Positions 1 through 9,599 are shown, numbered from the whole stretch's first letter. The stretch is DNA of 63,587 bases, filler included, from 5 parts of 5 records of this genome joined end to end with filler, not necessarily neighbours in it; one strand, 5' to 3'. Notes: generated by a model from the sequence alone, not told the origin. Translations and numbers: made by a program.

Positions 1-1
1 C

Positions 2-70
2 GAGAACCTTCAGGAAACCTATGGCGGGCGTCTTGCCGCCACCCATATCGACGAGTTGCGCCTCGCCTGA
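2..70 (+). CDS. Metal ABC transporter ATP-binding protein, C-terminal fragment (contig edge)
   Basis: Frame reads ENLQETYGGRLAATHIDELRLA*, the typical tail of TroB/MntB-type ATPases; lies directly upstream of two metal ABC permeases. Confidence 0.75.
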   Translation, partial: ENLQETYGGRLAATHIDELRLA

Positions 71-118
71 TTGAGGCAGCCTGAGATAAGCACAGCACGG
101 TAACGCAAAGATCGCACC

Positions 119-1339
119 ATGAGTTTTCCCGATTATTTCATAAGCGCCCTGTTGTTGCAGGCCGGATATAACAGCGCCCTTGTCGCAGTTGGTGCCGGAT
201 TGCTTGGCCTATCGGCGGGCAGTGCCGGGGCGTTTATTTTCCTGCGCAAACGCGCATTGGTGTCCGATGCGATCAGTCACGCCACCCTGCCCGGTGTTGG
301 CTTGGCCTTCATGATCATGGTGGCTTTTGGGTCTGATGGCCGCTGGTTGCCGGGATTGATCATTGGATCGGCGATTTCATCGGCGATTGGCCTGATCCTT
401 GTCGAATGGATCACGCGTAAAACCCGTCTGACCGAGGATGCGGCGATTGGTGCGGTGCTGTCGGTGTTTTTCGGGTTTGGCATTGTCCTTTTGACGATCA
501 TCCAGACCATGTCATCGGGTCGTCAGGCCGGGCTTGAAAACTTCCTTTTGGGGTCGACGGCCGGCATGTTGATATCCGAGGCTACCACCATTGCGGTTGC
601 TGGGGCCCTTGCCGCCGCATTTGTCTTTTTGCTGCGCCGTCCGATGACGCTGGTGGCGTTTGATCCGGAATATGCCGCGACCACCGGGGTCAATGTGCGC
701 AATATCGACCTTGCCATGATGGGCTTGGCCCTGATTGTTACCGTGATCGGGCTTAAGATCGTCGGATTGATCCTGATTGTTGCGCTTTTGATCATCCCAC
801 CAGTCACCGCCCGCTTCTGGACCAATCAGGTCGGCCCGATGATCGGCATTTCAGCCCTGGTTGGCGGGGTATCGGGCTATATCGGTGCGGTTCTGTCCGC
901 CGCAGAGGCCTCCATCCCTACGGGACCGATCATTGTGTTGGTGGCGTTTGGCTTTTTCATGATCTCTGCATTGTTTTCCCCGTTACGTGGCGCACTGGCA
1001 TCAGCGTTGCGCCATCAACGGTTTCAGCGACGCGTCCATCGCCGTCAGGGGCTTTTGGCCCTGTCGCGGCGTGAACCGATTTATGATGGATTAACCCTGC
1101 GCATCCTGCGCCGGTCTGGCATGATCCGACGTGACGGGGTGGCAACATTGCGCGGACGTACCGCATCGGAAAAAGCATCGCGCGATGAAGCCCGCTGGGC
1201 CATGGCGCGCCGCATTCTACCCGATGATTCAGCGATTGAACGCTATGACGGGCTGACCCCGATTGAACGAATGATGACATCCGACCAGATTGCCGAGATC
1301 GACCGAATGCTTGCCGAGAAGCAAGGAGCATCCGCATGA
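119..1339 (+). CDS. Mn/Zn/Fe ABC transporter permease (ABC-3, TroC/MntC-like) with soluble C-terminal extension
   Basis: DAISHATLPG and TEDAAIG motifs, many TM segments, ~110-aa hydrophilic tail. Confidence 0.92.
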   Translation: MSFPDYFISALLLQAGYNSALVAVGAGLLGLSAGSAGAFIFLRKRALVSDAISHATLPGVGLAFMIMVAFGSDGRWLPGLIIGSAISSAIGLILVEWITRKTRLTEDAAIGAVLSVFFGFGIVLLTIIQTMSSGRQAGLENFLLGSTAGMLISEATTIAVAGALAAAFVFLLRRPMTLVAFDPEYAATTGVNVRNIDLAMMGLALIVTVIGLKIVGLILIVALLIIPPVTARFWTNQVGPMIGISALVGGVSGYIGAVLSAAEASIPTGPIIVLVAFGFFMISALFSPLRGALASALRHQRFQRRVHRRQGLLALSRREPIYDGLTLRILRRSGMIRRDGVATLRGRTASEKASRDEARWAMARRILPDDSAIERYDGLTPIERMMTSDQIAEIDRMLAEKQGASA

Positions 1340-2286
1340 TCGACAATCTGATGACCGCCCTTGGGGCCGAGTTTGTCCAACTGAGCTTAACACCGATCCT
1401 GATTGGTATTCTGGCCGCTGTTGCCTGCGCGTTGCCGGGCAATTTCCTGTTGCTGCGTCGTCAGGCCCTGATTGGGGATGCGATTAGCCATGTGGTGCTT
1501 CCCGGCATTGTCGCGGCCTTTCTTATCACAGGCACCATCACCGCGGTGCCGATGATGCTCGGTGCCGGGGCGGCGGCGATTGTCGCCGTGGTGATGATCG
1601 AGATCGTCAAACGTCTGGGCCGTGTCGAACCGGGGGCCGCCATGGGATTGGTGTTTACCACCTTGTTTGCCGCCGGTGTGCTGTTCCTAGAAATAACCGA
1701 TACCAGTTCGGTGCATATTGATGTGCAGCATGCGCTTTTAGGTAATCTTGAAAGTCTGATCTGGTTTGATGCAGAAGGCTGGCAGTCCCTTGTTGATCCA
1801 GCCGCCTTGGCGACCCTGCCACCGCAATTACCGCGTCTGGCGTTGGTTCTGGTCGGGATCGGGTTGTTTATTGTTCTGTTCTGGAAAGAACTTAAAATAT
1901 CGACCTTTGACGCCGCCTTTGCCGGGGCGATTGGTATTCGCACAGGACTTCTCAGCTTTGCGCTGGTGGTGGCCACCGCGATTGCCGCCGTGGCGGCCTT
2001 TGACGCGGTCGGGTCGATCATTGTGATTGCGATGTTTGTCTGCCCACCGGCAAGTGCCCGGTTGATGACCAACCAGTTGGGCCGACAGGTCGGCTGGTCC
2101 GTCGTCTTTGCAACGATTTCGGCCATTCTGGGCTATGTCTTTGCCGGATATGGACCGGGATGGTTCGGGTCCCCCTATGCGGTCAGTGCGGCGGGCATGA
2201 TTGCCACGATTTCCGGAATCATAATGCTGTTGGCTTGCCTGTTTGGGCCGCAACGCAAGCGGGTCGGCCAACAGGCAGAAGCCTAG
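1336..2286 (+). CDS. Mn/Zn/Fe ABC transporter permease (ABC-3, TroD/MntD-like)
   Basis: GDAISHVVLPG and ELKISTFD motifs; ATGA overlap with upstream permease. Confidence 0.92.
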   Translation: MIDNLMTALGAEFVQLSLTPILIGILAAVACALPGNFLLLRRQALIGDAISHVVLPGIVAAFLITGTITAVPMMLGAGAAAIVAVVMIEIVKRLGRVEPGAAMGLVFTTLFAAGVLFLEITDTSSVHIDVQHALLGNLESLIWFDAEGWQSLVDPAALATLPPQLPRLALVLVGIGLFIVLFWKELKISTFDAAFAGAIGIRTGLLSFALVVATAIAAVAAFDAVGSIIVIAMFVCPPASARLMTNQLGRQVGWSVVFATISAILGYVFAGYGPGWFGSPYAVSAAGMIATISGIIMLLACLFGPQRKRVGQQAEA

Positions 2287-2334
2287 GGTAATTTTCTCCT
2301 CGCCCAACCAAAGCCCATCGCACATACTCGCGCG

Positions 2335-3276
2335 ATGCAAATTGTTCGGGTTTTCAATCACCTTGTGATGATGATGTGCATGCTGATGTCTGTCACGACA
2401 TTGGCACAGGCACAAACGGATGGCACGCCCGAGCCTGCCATTACAAAGATCAAAAATGACCTGAAATCATATGGTGATATCGATCTTTATGTTTTCAAAG
2501 ACCGTGCGGCGTTTCTAGCCATCATGGATGACACCCTTGGTCTGGAAAATATCGCCAGCCCGGAAAAGGCATTCGCCAAACTGCCCCGGTCGCCCTTTAC
2601 CATCACCGGACGAAAGAGTGGCAAGCAAATACCGTCCTGCCAGATTTTCGTGCCCGCCAATATCGCACCACAAAGTGGCAACGAGATTTTCGCCCAGTTG
2701 ATGCGCGGATGGTTTGGACAATCTTTGACCTATCAAAGCAGTGCCGAGCAAACGTTTGAGTGGCTGATCCACCACGAAGCGCGTCACTGTATGCCGGAAC
2801 ACTTCGGGGACGGAGATGCCAAAGGCCATGCCGATGAAGTTGATGCCGATATTTTCGCGTTTAATGCCTTATCCAAAACGATCAAAAACCCAAACGGACT
2901 TGCTGCCGATATCATCGCCTTTCGCATGATCACGGCCGCCCTGTTTGCCGATGCCAGCCATATGACCGGCCTCTCAGTCAAATACGGGCTTACGGCCATA
3001 GACCCGCAAGAGATGCTGACGGCAGATCAGGAAATCGTGGCGTTCAGGTCGGCACGGAAACTGGTTTTTGCCCGCGCACGGGCCCTGGCAACCAGGGTTA
3101 ATCCGACAAATCGCGAACTTACACGCGCGGTAACCGAACTGCGCGAAGAAATAGACCAGGGCGGACTTAACCCCCCATCGCCTTTGGTTTCGGAAATCCT
3201 GATGGATCTCGATGATGCGATTGCACATCTCGCACCAAAGCTTCATCAATCGGTTGCCACCCGTCAGGCCAATTAG
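2335..3276 (+). CDS. Secreted hypothetical protein with HExxH zincin-like motif
   Basis: Signal peptide ending AQA-Q; IHHEARHC followed by ADEVDADIFA. Confidence 0.7.
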   Translation: MQIVRVFNHLVMMMCMLMSVTTLAQAQTDGTPEPAITKIKNDLKSYGDIDLYVFKDRAAFLAIMDDTLGLENIASPEKAFAKLPRSPFTITGRKSGKQIPSCQIFVPANIAPQSGNEIFAQLMRGWFGQSLTYQSSAEQTFEWLIHHEARHCMPEHFGDGDAKGHADEVDADIFAFNALSKTIKNPNGLAADIIAFRMITAALFADASHMTGLSVKYGLTAIDPQEMLTADQEIVAFRSARKLVFARARALATRVNPTNRELTRAVTELREEIDQGGLNPPSPLVSEILMDLDDAIAHLAPKLHQSVATRQAN

Positions 3277-3304
3277 GGTCAGGACGTAGTTACCCCCGAC
3301 CTAT

Positions 3305-4375
3305 TTACCCCCGACCGGCCTTGCGCCAGAACGTCATGGCCAGACATTGATCACGCGTTAATCCGATGTCCTTGCGCCAATAAGTGTGGATCGGTTTATA
3401 GTCATCCTGCTCCACCCCGGCCCAGCAATAAACACTGGTATCGGCATTGGGAACCGGAATGGCACGTACCGCATCCTGAATAAGACTATGGGTGACGCTT
3501 TGACCCTCATCACGCAGCAGCCAGCGGATTTCAATACGGCTTTCTGTTGCGATATCGATGATGTCGTCTTGCCCCCCGACCTCGATCATGGCATGGCCTT
3601 TGACGTGGGGCGGCATGGCATTAAGGTAGCGGCTGATCGCGGGAAGGGCGGTTTCATCCCCGGCGAACAACATCCAGTCCGCATCAGGCAATTCGTTGCC
3701 AAGCGGCCCGGTCATGGCGACCAGATCGCCTGTGCAAGCATGTATGGCAAAGGATGATCCCGGCCCATTATCGCCATGCACGACAAAATCAACATCCATC
3801 CAGCCCGCCGCGACATTGATATCACGGATGGTATAGATGCGCTGTTCGATGGCATTTTCGCCATGGGGCCAGACCGGCATACCATTATCAGCAAGTGTTG
3901 GCCATTTCGGCGCCACCTGCCCGCGCGGTGGGATCAAAAGACGGATATGGATGCTGTCGGTATCATAAGCAGCAAGATCCGCCCCATGCAGCCTGATCCG
4001 GCGCATATGGGGCGAAAGATCGGTCACTTTTACGACGGTAAGTTCGCGAAAATTGGGCAGCTTGCCGTTGCTTTTCCCAGCCCCCTTCCAGCGGCAATCA
4101 AGATTTGCCTCGGGCAAGGCACCCTGGAGCAACGAAATGATCGCTGATTTCATCTGGATAACGCCAACGTCGCTGGTTGCGCCGACCTCGATATCCAAAC
4201 CAGCATCGTTGCAGGCAAGGTGAACATGGCCGATGGATACCGAAACCCTGATGGCGTTCGCATCACCCTGCACATCGCAGTCATGGCTTTTGTAATAGTC
4301 TGATGCACGCGCGATGATCGCAGCACTGTCAGGAAGGGTTATGCGGGTTTTGGCGGTTAAAACAGGTGATGGCAT
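3305..4375 (-). CDS. Siderophore-interacting protein (ViuB/YqjH-like FAD-binding ferric reductase) with extra N-terminal domain
   Basis: LSPHMRRIRL, RIYTIR, DFVVHG..GPGS, GDETALPAI and FWR motifs. Start placed at ATG 4375 (MPSPV); ORF track starts at 4414. Confidence 0.9.
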   Translation of the reverse strand: MPSPVLTAKTRITLPDSAAIIARASDYYKSHDCDVQGDANAIRVSVSIGHVHLACNDAGLDIEVGATSDVGVIQMKSAIISLLQGALPEANLDCRWKGAGKSNGKLPNFRELTVVKVTDLSPHMRRIRLHGADLAAYDTDSIHIRLLIPPRGQVAPKWPTLADNGMPVWPHGENAIEQRIYTIRDINVAAGWMDVDFVVHGDNGPGSSFAIHACTGDLVAMTGPLGNELPDADWMLFAGDETALPAISRYLNAMPPHVKGHAMIEVGGQDDIIDIATESRIEIRWLLRDEGQSVTHSLIQDAVRAIPVPNADTSVYCWAGVEQDDYKPIHTYWRKDIGLTRDQCLAMTFWRKAGRG

Positions 4376-4415
4376 GGGGCTCTCGGCAGGATGCAGGTGT
4401 ATTGATGAATACATA

Positions 4416-4432
4416 TGTTATTGAGAATAACA
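4416..4432. promoter_or_regulatory. Palindromic operator upstream of the siderophore-interacting gene (possible iron-responsive regulator site)
   Basis: Perfect 7-3-7 inverted repeat TGTTATT-GAG-AATAACA containing a TGAGAAT Fur-like half-site, in an AT-rich divergent intergenic region. Confidence 0.45.
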
Positions 4433-4564
4433 CTGATATTCATTCTTAACAAAATTTCTCATGAAATAGCAACTGCCATGTTAGATATTTAGACAAATTC
4501 ATAGACCCACGCTGGCGCGCATGTGTATCGCCCGGCAAGCTCCTGAAAGTATAAAGACCCGACC

Positions 4565-5416
4565 ATGATCGATAAAATCCGCCGTCTCAAACCGTCTGAA
4601 TTCACATTGGCCGTTGAATGGGCCGCCAAAGAAGGCTGGAATCCCGGCCATGCTGACGCCGAGGTATTTTTCAATACTGATCCTGAAGGCTTCTGGGGCG
4701 CGTTCGATAAAAAGGGCATGGCGGCGGTGATATCAGCCGTGCAGTACAGTTCCGATTTCGGTTTTGTCGGATTTTACATTTGCCGCGAAGACCGCCGTGG
4801 ATCGGGCCTTGGATACAAGTTGTGGCAAACGGTTTTAAAAGACAACCCGCTTAAAACCATCGGACTTGATGGCGTTGTCGATCAGCAAGATAACTATCGC
4901 AAATCCGGTTTTGAATTTGCCCACCGCAATGTCCGATATGGCGGCATCGTGAACGCCCAAAGCCCGGAAAATGACGATCTGTTTGATCTGTTGATTGATG
5001 ACATCGCCGTCATCAATGCGTTCGAGCAAACCTGCAAGCTGTTTGCCGAAAGCCGGATTGAATTCCTGCGCGGCTGGATTGGTGCTGAAAACCACACGGC
5101 GATTGCACTAAAGGGCCCGATGGGGTTGCGCGGATATGGCGTCATTCGCCCCTGTGAAGAGGGTCACAAGGTTGGTCCACTTTTTGCCGCAACCCCCAAA
5201 GATGCCAAAGTGCTGTTTGACGCCCTCTTGGCACGTCGCACCGACCAGGGTGGCAAAGTATTTCTTGATGTGCCTGAACCTAATGAGGCGGCAACTGAGC
5301 TTGCCAGCAGCCACGGCATGCAACCCGAATTTGAGACGGCACGGATGTATAAAGGCGCGGTACCAGCACTTGATCTTGATATGACCTTTGGCATTTCATC
5401 GTTTGAATTAGGGTAA
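4565..5416 (+). CDS. GNAT N-acetyltransferase (YitH-like, two domains)
   Basis: EGWNPG, RRGSGLG acetyl-CoA loop, KVGPLFA, FETARMY. Confidence 0.88.
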   Translation: MIDKIRRLKPSEFTLAVEWAAKEGWNPGHADAEVFFNTDPEGFWGAFDKKGMAAVISAVQYSSDFGFVGFYICREDRRGSGLGYKLWQTVLKDNPLKTIGLDGVVDQQDNYRKSGFEFAHRNVRYGGIVNAQSPENDDLFDLLIDDIAVINAFEQTCKLFAESRIEFLRGWIGAENHTAIALKGPMGLRGYGVIRPCEEGHKVGPLFAATPKDAKVLFDALLARRTDQGGKVFLDVPEPNEAATELASSHGMQPEFETARMYKGAVPALDLDMTFGISSFELG

Positions 5417-5776
5417 TTATCCTTACGATGGGGTTGAGGCTTGGCTAAAAGTCTGGCAACAAACATTTAACGCCAAACGTATAGATCGACCTAACCCAAT
5501 GCCGGAGCTTTACAGGCAGTTTGTAGAGTTCCGGGATCGATCACGGTTACTGGCGTGAAAAGTTGTCAGATTTTTTATGGAAAAAGGACGCCACAGCCCC
5601 CAACTCTTTGAAAGGGGGACTAATCGACATTCAGGCCACAATCATAAACCTATGAAGACTTTTCGCCCGACATCTGTGACGCGACGCACCGCCCCCTCAT
5701 CCGGGGCACGGATTTATCTACTGCGTTTGATCAGGTGATACAAAAACAGTCATAACGCTGGACACCAGAAACCGAT

Positions 5777-6547
5777 ATGGATATTGCGACACTCATTGGG
5801 ATCCTTGCCGGATCGGGCGTTATTGTTGGCGCTATTTTGATCGGTGGTAATCTTGGTGCCTTTGTTGATGTGCCGTCTATCATGGTTGTGTTTGGCGGCA
5901 CGGCGGCGGCAACCCTGATCAAGTTTCCGATGCGCGATGTGATCAAGTCACTCAAGATCGGGATCGGCATCGCCTTTAAGAACCCCAAGGAAGACCCGCT
6001 TTCGATCTATGAGAAAGCCATCGAACTTGCCGGTCTTGTACGTAAAAACGGGTTGCTTGGTCTTGAAACCGCAGAAGTCGATAACGAGATCATGGCACGA
6101 GGCATTCGCATGTGCGTGGATGGCCACAGCGGTGAAGTAATCCGAAGCTCGATTTCAAGCGAAGTTGAAAAATCCATTCAAAATGATGAGCTCGGGGAAC
6201 TGATGTTCCGCGGGATCGGCGATACCGCGCCAGCATTTGGCATGATCGGCACACTGGTTGGTCTGGTGCAGATGCTGGCCAACCTGTCTGATCCTGATGC
6301 GATTGGGCCGGCGATGGCGATTGCCATGCTGACAACATTCTATGGCGCGGTTCTTGCCAACCTGATTGCCCTTCCGATTGCTGACAAGCTGGCGCTTAAG
6401 GTTGACCGTCTGAAAAACACCAAACAATTGATCATTGAGTCTGTCGTTCAAATTCAGGGCAGCCAGAGCCCGATGGTGATGAAGGAAATTCTGGGTCCCT
6501 ATTTGCCCGGTGGCGTCCCCAAAGATGCAGAAGGCGACGGGGAATAA
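5777..6547 (+). CDS. motA: Flagellar stator A subunit, PomA-like
   Basis: MDIATLIG start, APAFGMIGTLVGLV and GPAMAIAMLTTFYGA motifs; closely resembles Vibrio PomA. Confidence 0.92.
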   Translation: MDIATLIGILAGSGVIVGAILIGGNLGAFVDVPSIMVVFGGTAAATLIKFPMRDVIKSLKIGIGIAFKNPKEDPLSIYEKAIELAGLVRKNGLLGLETAEVDNEIMARGIRMCVDGHSGEVIRSSISSEVEKSIQNDELGELMFRGIGDTAPAFGMIGTLVGLVQMLANLSDPDAIGPAMAIAMLTTFYGAVLANLIALPIADKLALKVDRLKNTKQLIIESVVQIQGSQSPMVMKEILGPYLPGGVPKDAEGDGE

Positions 6548-6586
6548 TCATGGCACCTTCTTTCATCCAGAACATGGTGTAAGGCC

Positions 6587-7519
6587 ATGGCAAAGAAACC
6601 CGCAGCAGGCGCCCCCGCATGGATGGCGACATTCGCTGATTTGATGTCGTTGCTGCTTGTTTTATTCGTCCTTTTGCTGACCTTTGCGGAGATGGATGTC
6701 ATCCGTTACAAGCAAATCGCAGGGTCAATCAAGGGTGCCTTTGGTTTTTCCAAGGAAGACCAGCTTGCCGGTGTAATTGAAATGGACGGGTCGATTGTTG
6801 GTAAGGCCTTAAAGGCGCCAACACCTGACACCCCACGGGTTGTTGCAGAAATTCCAAAGGCCGAAACGCCGAAAGTCGAAATCGACCAAACCGACAGCAA
6901 AGAAGAAAAAGCCGAAGCGCTTGAAGAAACACTCAGTACCGTTCTTGAAAACATGGGGCTTGCCGATCAGGTCGGGCTGGAACGCATTGATGGCGATGTG
7001 ATCGTCAGCTTTCCAAATGAGCTGGCCTTTCCGTCGGGTTCTTCGGGCATGACAGAAGAATTCGCCGCCGTCCTGAACCGCGTTACGCCCGTGATCAATC
7101 AGACTGACGGTGAAGTTCATATCGCAGGTCACACCGATAATATTCCGGTTTCGTCTTCCTCTCCCTATATATCAAACTGGGACCTTTCGGCGGCACGGGC
7201 GACGTCTGTTTTGCATCACATGATTGATCAGAACGGCACAGAGCCGTCGCGAATGGTCATACAGGGATATGGCGACAGCCGTCCGATTGCGACAAATGAC
7301 ACCCCGGAAGGACGATCACAAAACCGCCGGGTTGCCATCACCATCGAAATGGTCGAAAGCAACAAACCAGATGGGGCTTCAAATGGCAGCGGGGCATCAC
7401 CCGGTCAGAATGGAGAGGGCGCTGCCCCGAACGAAAGCTCGACCCAAGACGGTCAGGCAGCCCCCGAGGAAGAACCGACAATGCGACGCCGCACGTTTAG
7501 CATTCCGGGTAGTCAGTGA
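6587..7519 (+). CDS. motB: Flagellar stator B subunit, PomB-like, with OmpA-like peptidoglycan-binding domain
   Basis: WMATFADLMSLLL TM with conserved Asp; GHTDN, SNWDLSAARA, NRRV motifs. Confidence 0.92.
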   Translation: MAKKPAAGAPAWMATFADLMSLLLVLFVLLLTFAEMDVIRYKQIAGSIKGAFGFSKEDQLAGVIEMDGSIVGKALKAPTPDTPRVVAEIPKAETPKVEIDQTDSKEEKAEALEETLSTVLENMGLADQVGLERIDGDVIVSFPNELAFPSGSSGMTEEFAAVLNRVTPVINQTDGEVHIAGHTDNIPVSSSSPYISNWDLSAARATSVLHHMIDQNGTEPSRMVIQGYGDSRPIATNDTPEGRSQNRRVAITIEMVESNKPDGASNGSGASPGQNGEGAAPNESSTQDGQAAPEEEPTMRRRTFSIPGSQ

Positions 7520-7612
7520 TCGGCATATTTAACCAACTGCGCAGTGAACCGCGTGGCAGGTACGAAATCCGCGCTGCTTAACGCGTTTGGCAACAATAGG
7601 AATTCACGCATC

Positions 7613-9082
7613 ATGACGATGCAAGAAAACAACAATAAAACGATCCTGTATGCCGACTACAGCGAACGCAACATTCGTTCCGCCAAGGAAGCGATTGATC
7701 CTCTTGGATTTGGCGACTTCATTCGCTGCGACGACCGTGAAAAGACCGTTGAACTTGTGAGTTCCTTAAAGCCCGACATCGTTCTGGTGGGTCTGTACCT
7801 TGATGGCATGCGCGGCATTTCGACCATCCGTTCGATCCGCGAAAGCATCACGGCCACTAACCACCACGGCAAGGACGTCACCATCCTGCTTGGTGCGCCA
7901 AAACTTGACCGTCGCGCCATGCGTGAAGCCGTTGATGCCGGCATAGAAGGCATCTTCCGCCAGCCGGTTGATCCGGCACGATTGCGCAAGATCATTACAT
8001 CTGTGATGAAAAAGCCGCGCCGGTTTGTTCTTCAAGATGATTACTTCGGTCCCGCACGGCCACAAGACTTGGCCAAAGACGACACCGTACCGTCACCCGA
8101 AGACGAAAGTGTTTCAGAAACCAAGCAGCGTCGGCACAGCGACAAGGCCCGCGCACCGGCATCTGCGTCCGTCACGATTAAACCAAATGGCCGACGCCGC
8201 AGCGATACCCCCGTCACACCAGAGCCCACACCCCAGCCAAACAGCGCGAATGGTCAGGTCTTTGATGACGGCGAACTCGCCGGGGTTGCCAATCAAGACA
8301 AGGAATCTCTTGATGCCCGCAACATCAAAGCGGCAATTGCCGCGCGCGCGCTTCTAAAACCAGATCCTGTGCCTAAAAAGCCAAAGCCGAAATCAAAACC
8401 ACAGAAAGTCGCGGCGGAAACCACAGAAACCGACGAAGACACAGTCCCCGTTGCAGCACGTCCAAAAGAGCCTGCCAAAGAAGAACCGATCCCTGCCGTT
8501 TCAAAAGAGGCAGACGTTGCCGGTGAGCCTGAGAGTGAGGTTGACGCCGAGCCCGAAATTGATGAAGAGGAGCTTGTTGAAATTGATCTGCAAGCAGCCC
8601 TTGTCGATCACAAGCTTTGGGTCGATACCGGCGGCAAGGAAGGATCGGTCATGGCAATTGAACATGCCGATTTGCGCGATGCTGACCTGGAAGGTATTGA
8701 TCTTAGTCGATGCAGCCTTCGTTTTGCGTCTTTCAGAAACGCCAATTGCAAGAATGCTGTTCTTCGGCGGTGTGACCTGACCGCGGCTGACTTTGTTGAA
8801 AGTAACCTTGAAAGTGCCAACCTTGCGGCCAGCCGTTTATCCGGCGCACGGTTTAACGAGGCGACGCTGCGCAATACCGTGTTTCTGGGGTCCGATTTGT
8901 CCAATGCCTGCTTTAAGGGCATGCATCTGATCAATTGTGATCTCAGCGGCACGAACCTTGCCGGGGCGGATTTCAGGGATGCGGATTTAAGCGGTGCCAA
9001 TGGCTTGTTTTCCGAACAGATCCAGCGCGCGCGCGTCAACACCAACACCCGCCTGCCCCGCAATTTGAAACTGCGTAGTTAA
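7613..9082 (+). CDS. Atypical receiver domain + low-complexity linker + pentapeptide-repeat protein
   Basis: N-terminal REC-like pattern (ILYAD, PDIVLVG, AGIEGIFRQP); C-terminal A(D/N)Lxx repeats after HKLWVDTGGKEG. Start placed at ATG 7613 after AATAGGA; ORF track starts at 7544. Confidence 0.85.
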   Translation: MTMQENNNKTILYADYSERNIRSAKEAIDPLGFGDFIRCDDREKTVELVSSLKPDIVLVGLYLDGMRGISTIRSIRESITATNHHGKDVTILLGAPKLDRRAMREAVDAGIEGIFRQPVDPARLRKIITSVMKKPRRFVLQDDYFGPARPQDLAKDDTVPSPEDESVSETKQRRHSDKARAPASASVTIKPNGRRRSDTPVTPEPTPQPNSANGQVFDDGELAGVANQDKESLDARNIKAAIAARALLKPDPVPKKPKPKSKPQKVAAETTETDEDTVPVAARPKEPAKEEPIPAVSKEADVAGEPESEVDAEPEIDEEELVEIDLQAALVDHKLWVDTGGKEGSVMAIEHADLRDADLEGIDLSRCSLRFASFRNANCKNAVLRRCDLTAADFVESNLESANLAASRLSGARFNEATLRNTVFLGSDLSNACFKGMHLINCDLSGTNLAGADFRDADLSGANGLFSEQIQRARVNTNTRLPRNLKLRS

Positions 9083-9086
9083 TCGC

Positions 9087-9599
9087 TTAAAGCTCGCAGA
9101 CCATATGTAAGCTTGGAAAAGTAAAGTCAGATGCAAAGGGGGCTTCAAACGACCCGATGACTTCAAAGCCAAGCTTTTCGTAGAACCTGCGTGAAGACAG
9201 GGTTGAATAGCATTCAAACCGGGTTGCTGCATGGACCGCCTTTGCATCATGTACGCAGCGATCAAAGAGCAACTTTCCCAACCCCTGACGGGTAAACTCC
9301 GGATCAACGGCAAAATGGCGTACATGCACCAATCCCGGCTGCACGGGCTTTTCCGAAGCTCCGGGGCGTACGGCGGTCCATCCACCTGCCGCGATCACGC
9401 GTTTGCCTGTTTCCTTCACCAGATAATAGCTGCCCGACCACATTAATTCTGGCTTGGCAAAAGACAGGAATGGCATGGCGCGGGCGAGAACGTCCGGCGG
9501 GTAGTCGTCTTTAAGAAGCTCGGAATAAGACCGGGTAAACAATGCACTAATCGCATCTGCATCTGAAAGGGATGCAATTTCCACAATGCGTTCTGCCAT
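9087..9599 (-). CDS. GNAT N-acetyltransferase
   Basis: FAVDPEFTRQGLG and FYEKLGF motifs. Confidence 0.88.
   Translation of the reverse strand: MAERIVEIASLSDADAISALFTRSYSELLKDDYPPDVLARAMPFLSFAKPELMWSGSYYLVKETGKRVIAAGGWTAVRPGASEKPVQPGLVHVRHFAVDPEFTRQGLGKLLFDRCVHDAKAVHAATRFECYSTLSSRRFYEKLGFEVIGSFEAPFASDFTFPSLHMVCEL

Noticed and set aside
5417-5776. 360-bp leader of motA with hairpins (TGGCGT...ACGCCA; CCCCC...GGGGG) and GGACGCCACAGCC, as a c-di-GMP riboswitch
   Set aside because: It lacks the GGCAAA/GNRA tetraloop arrangement of class I. An Infernal/Rfam scan would settle it.
5777-7519. MotA/MotB-like pair as Zorya defence (ZorAB)
   Set aside because: The A subunit is only 256 aa with no long ZorA tail, both resemble PomA/PomB, and there is no ZorC/D/E.
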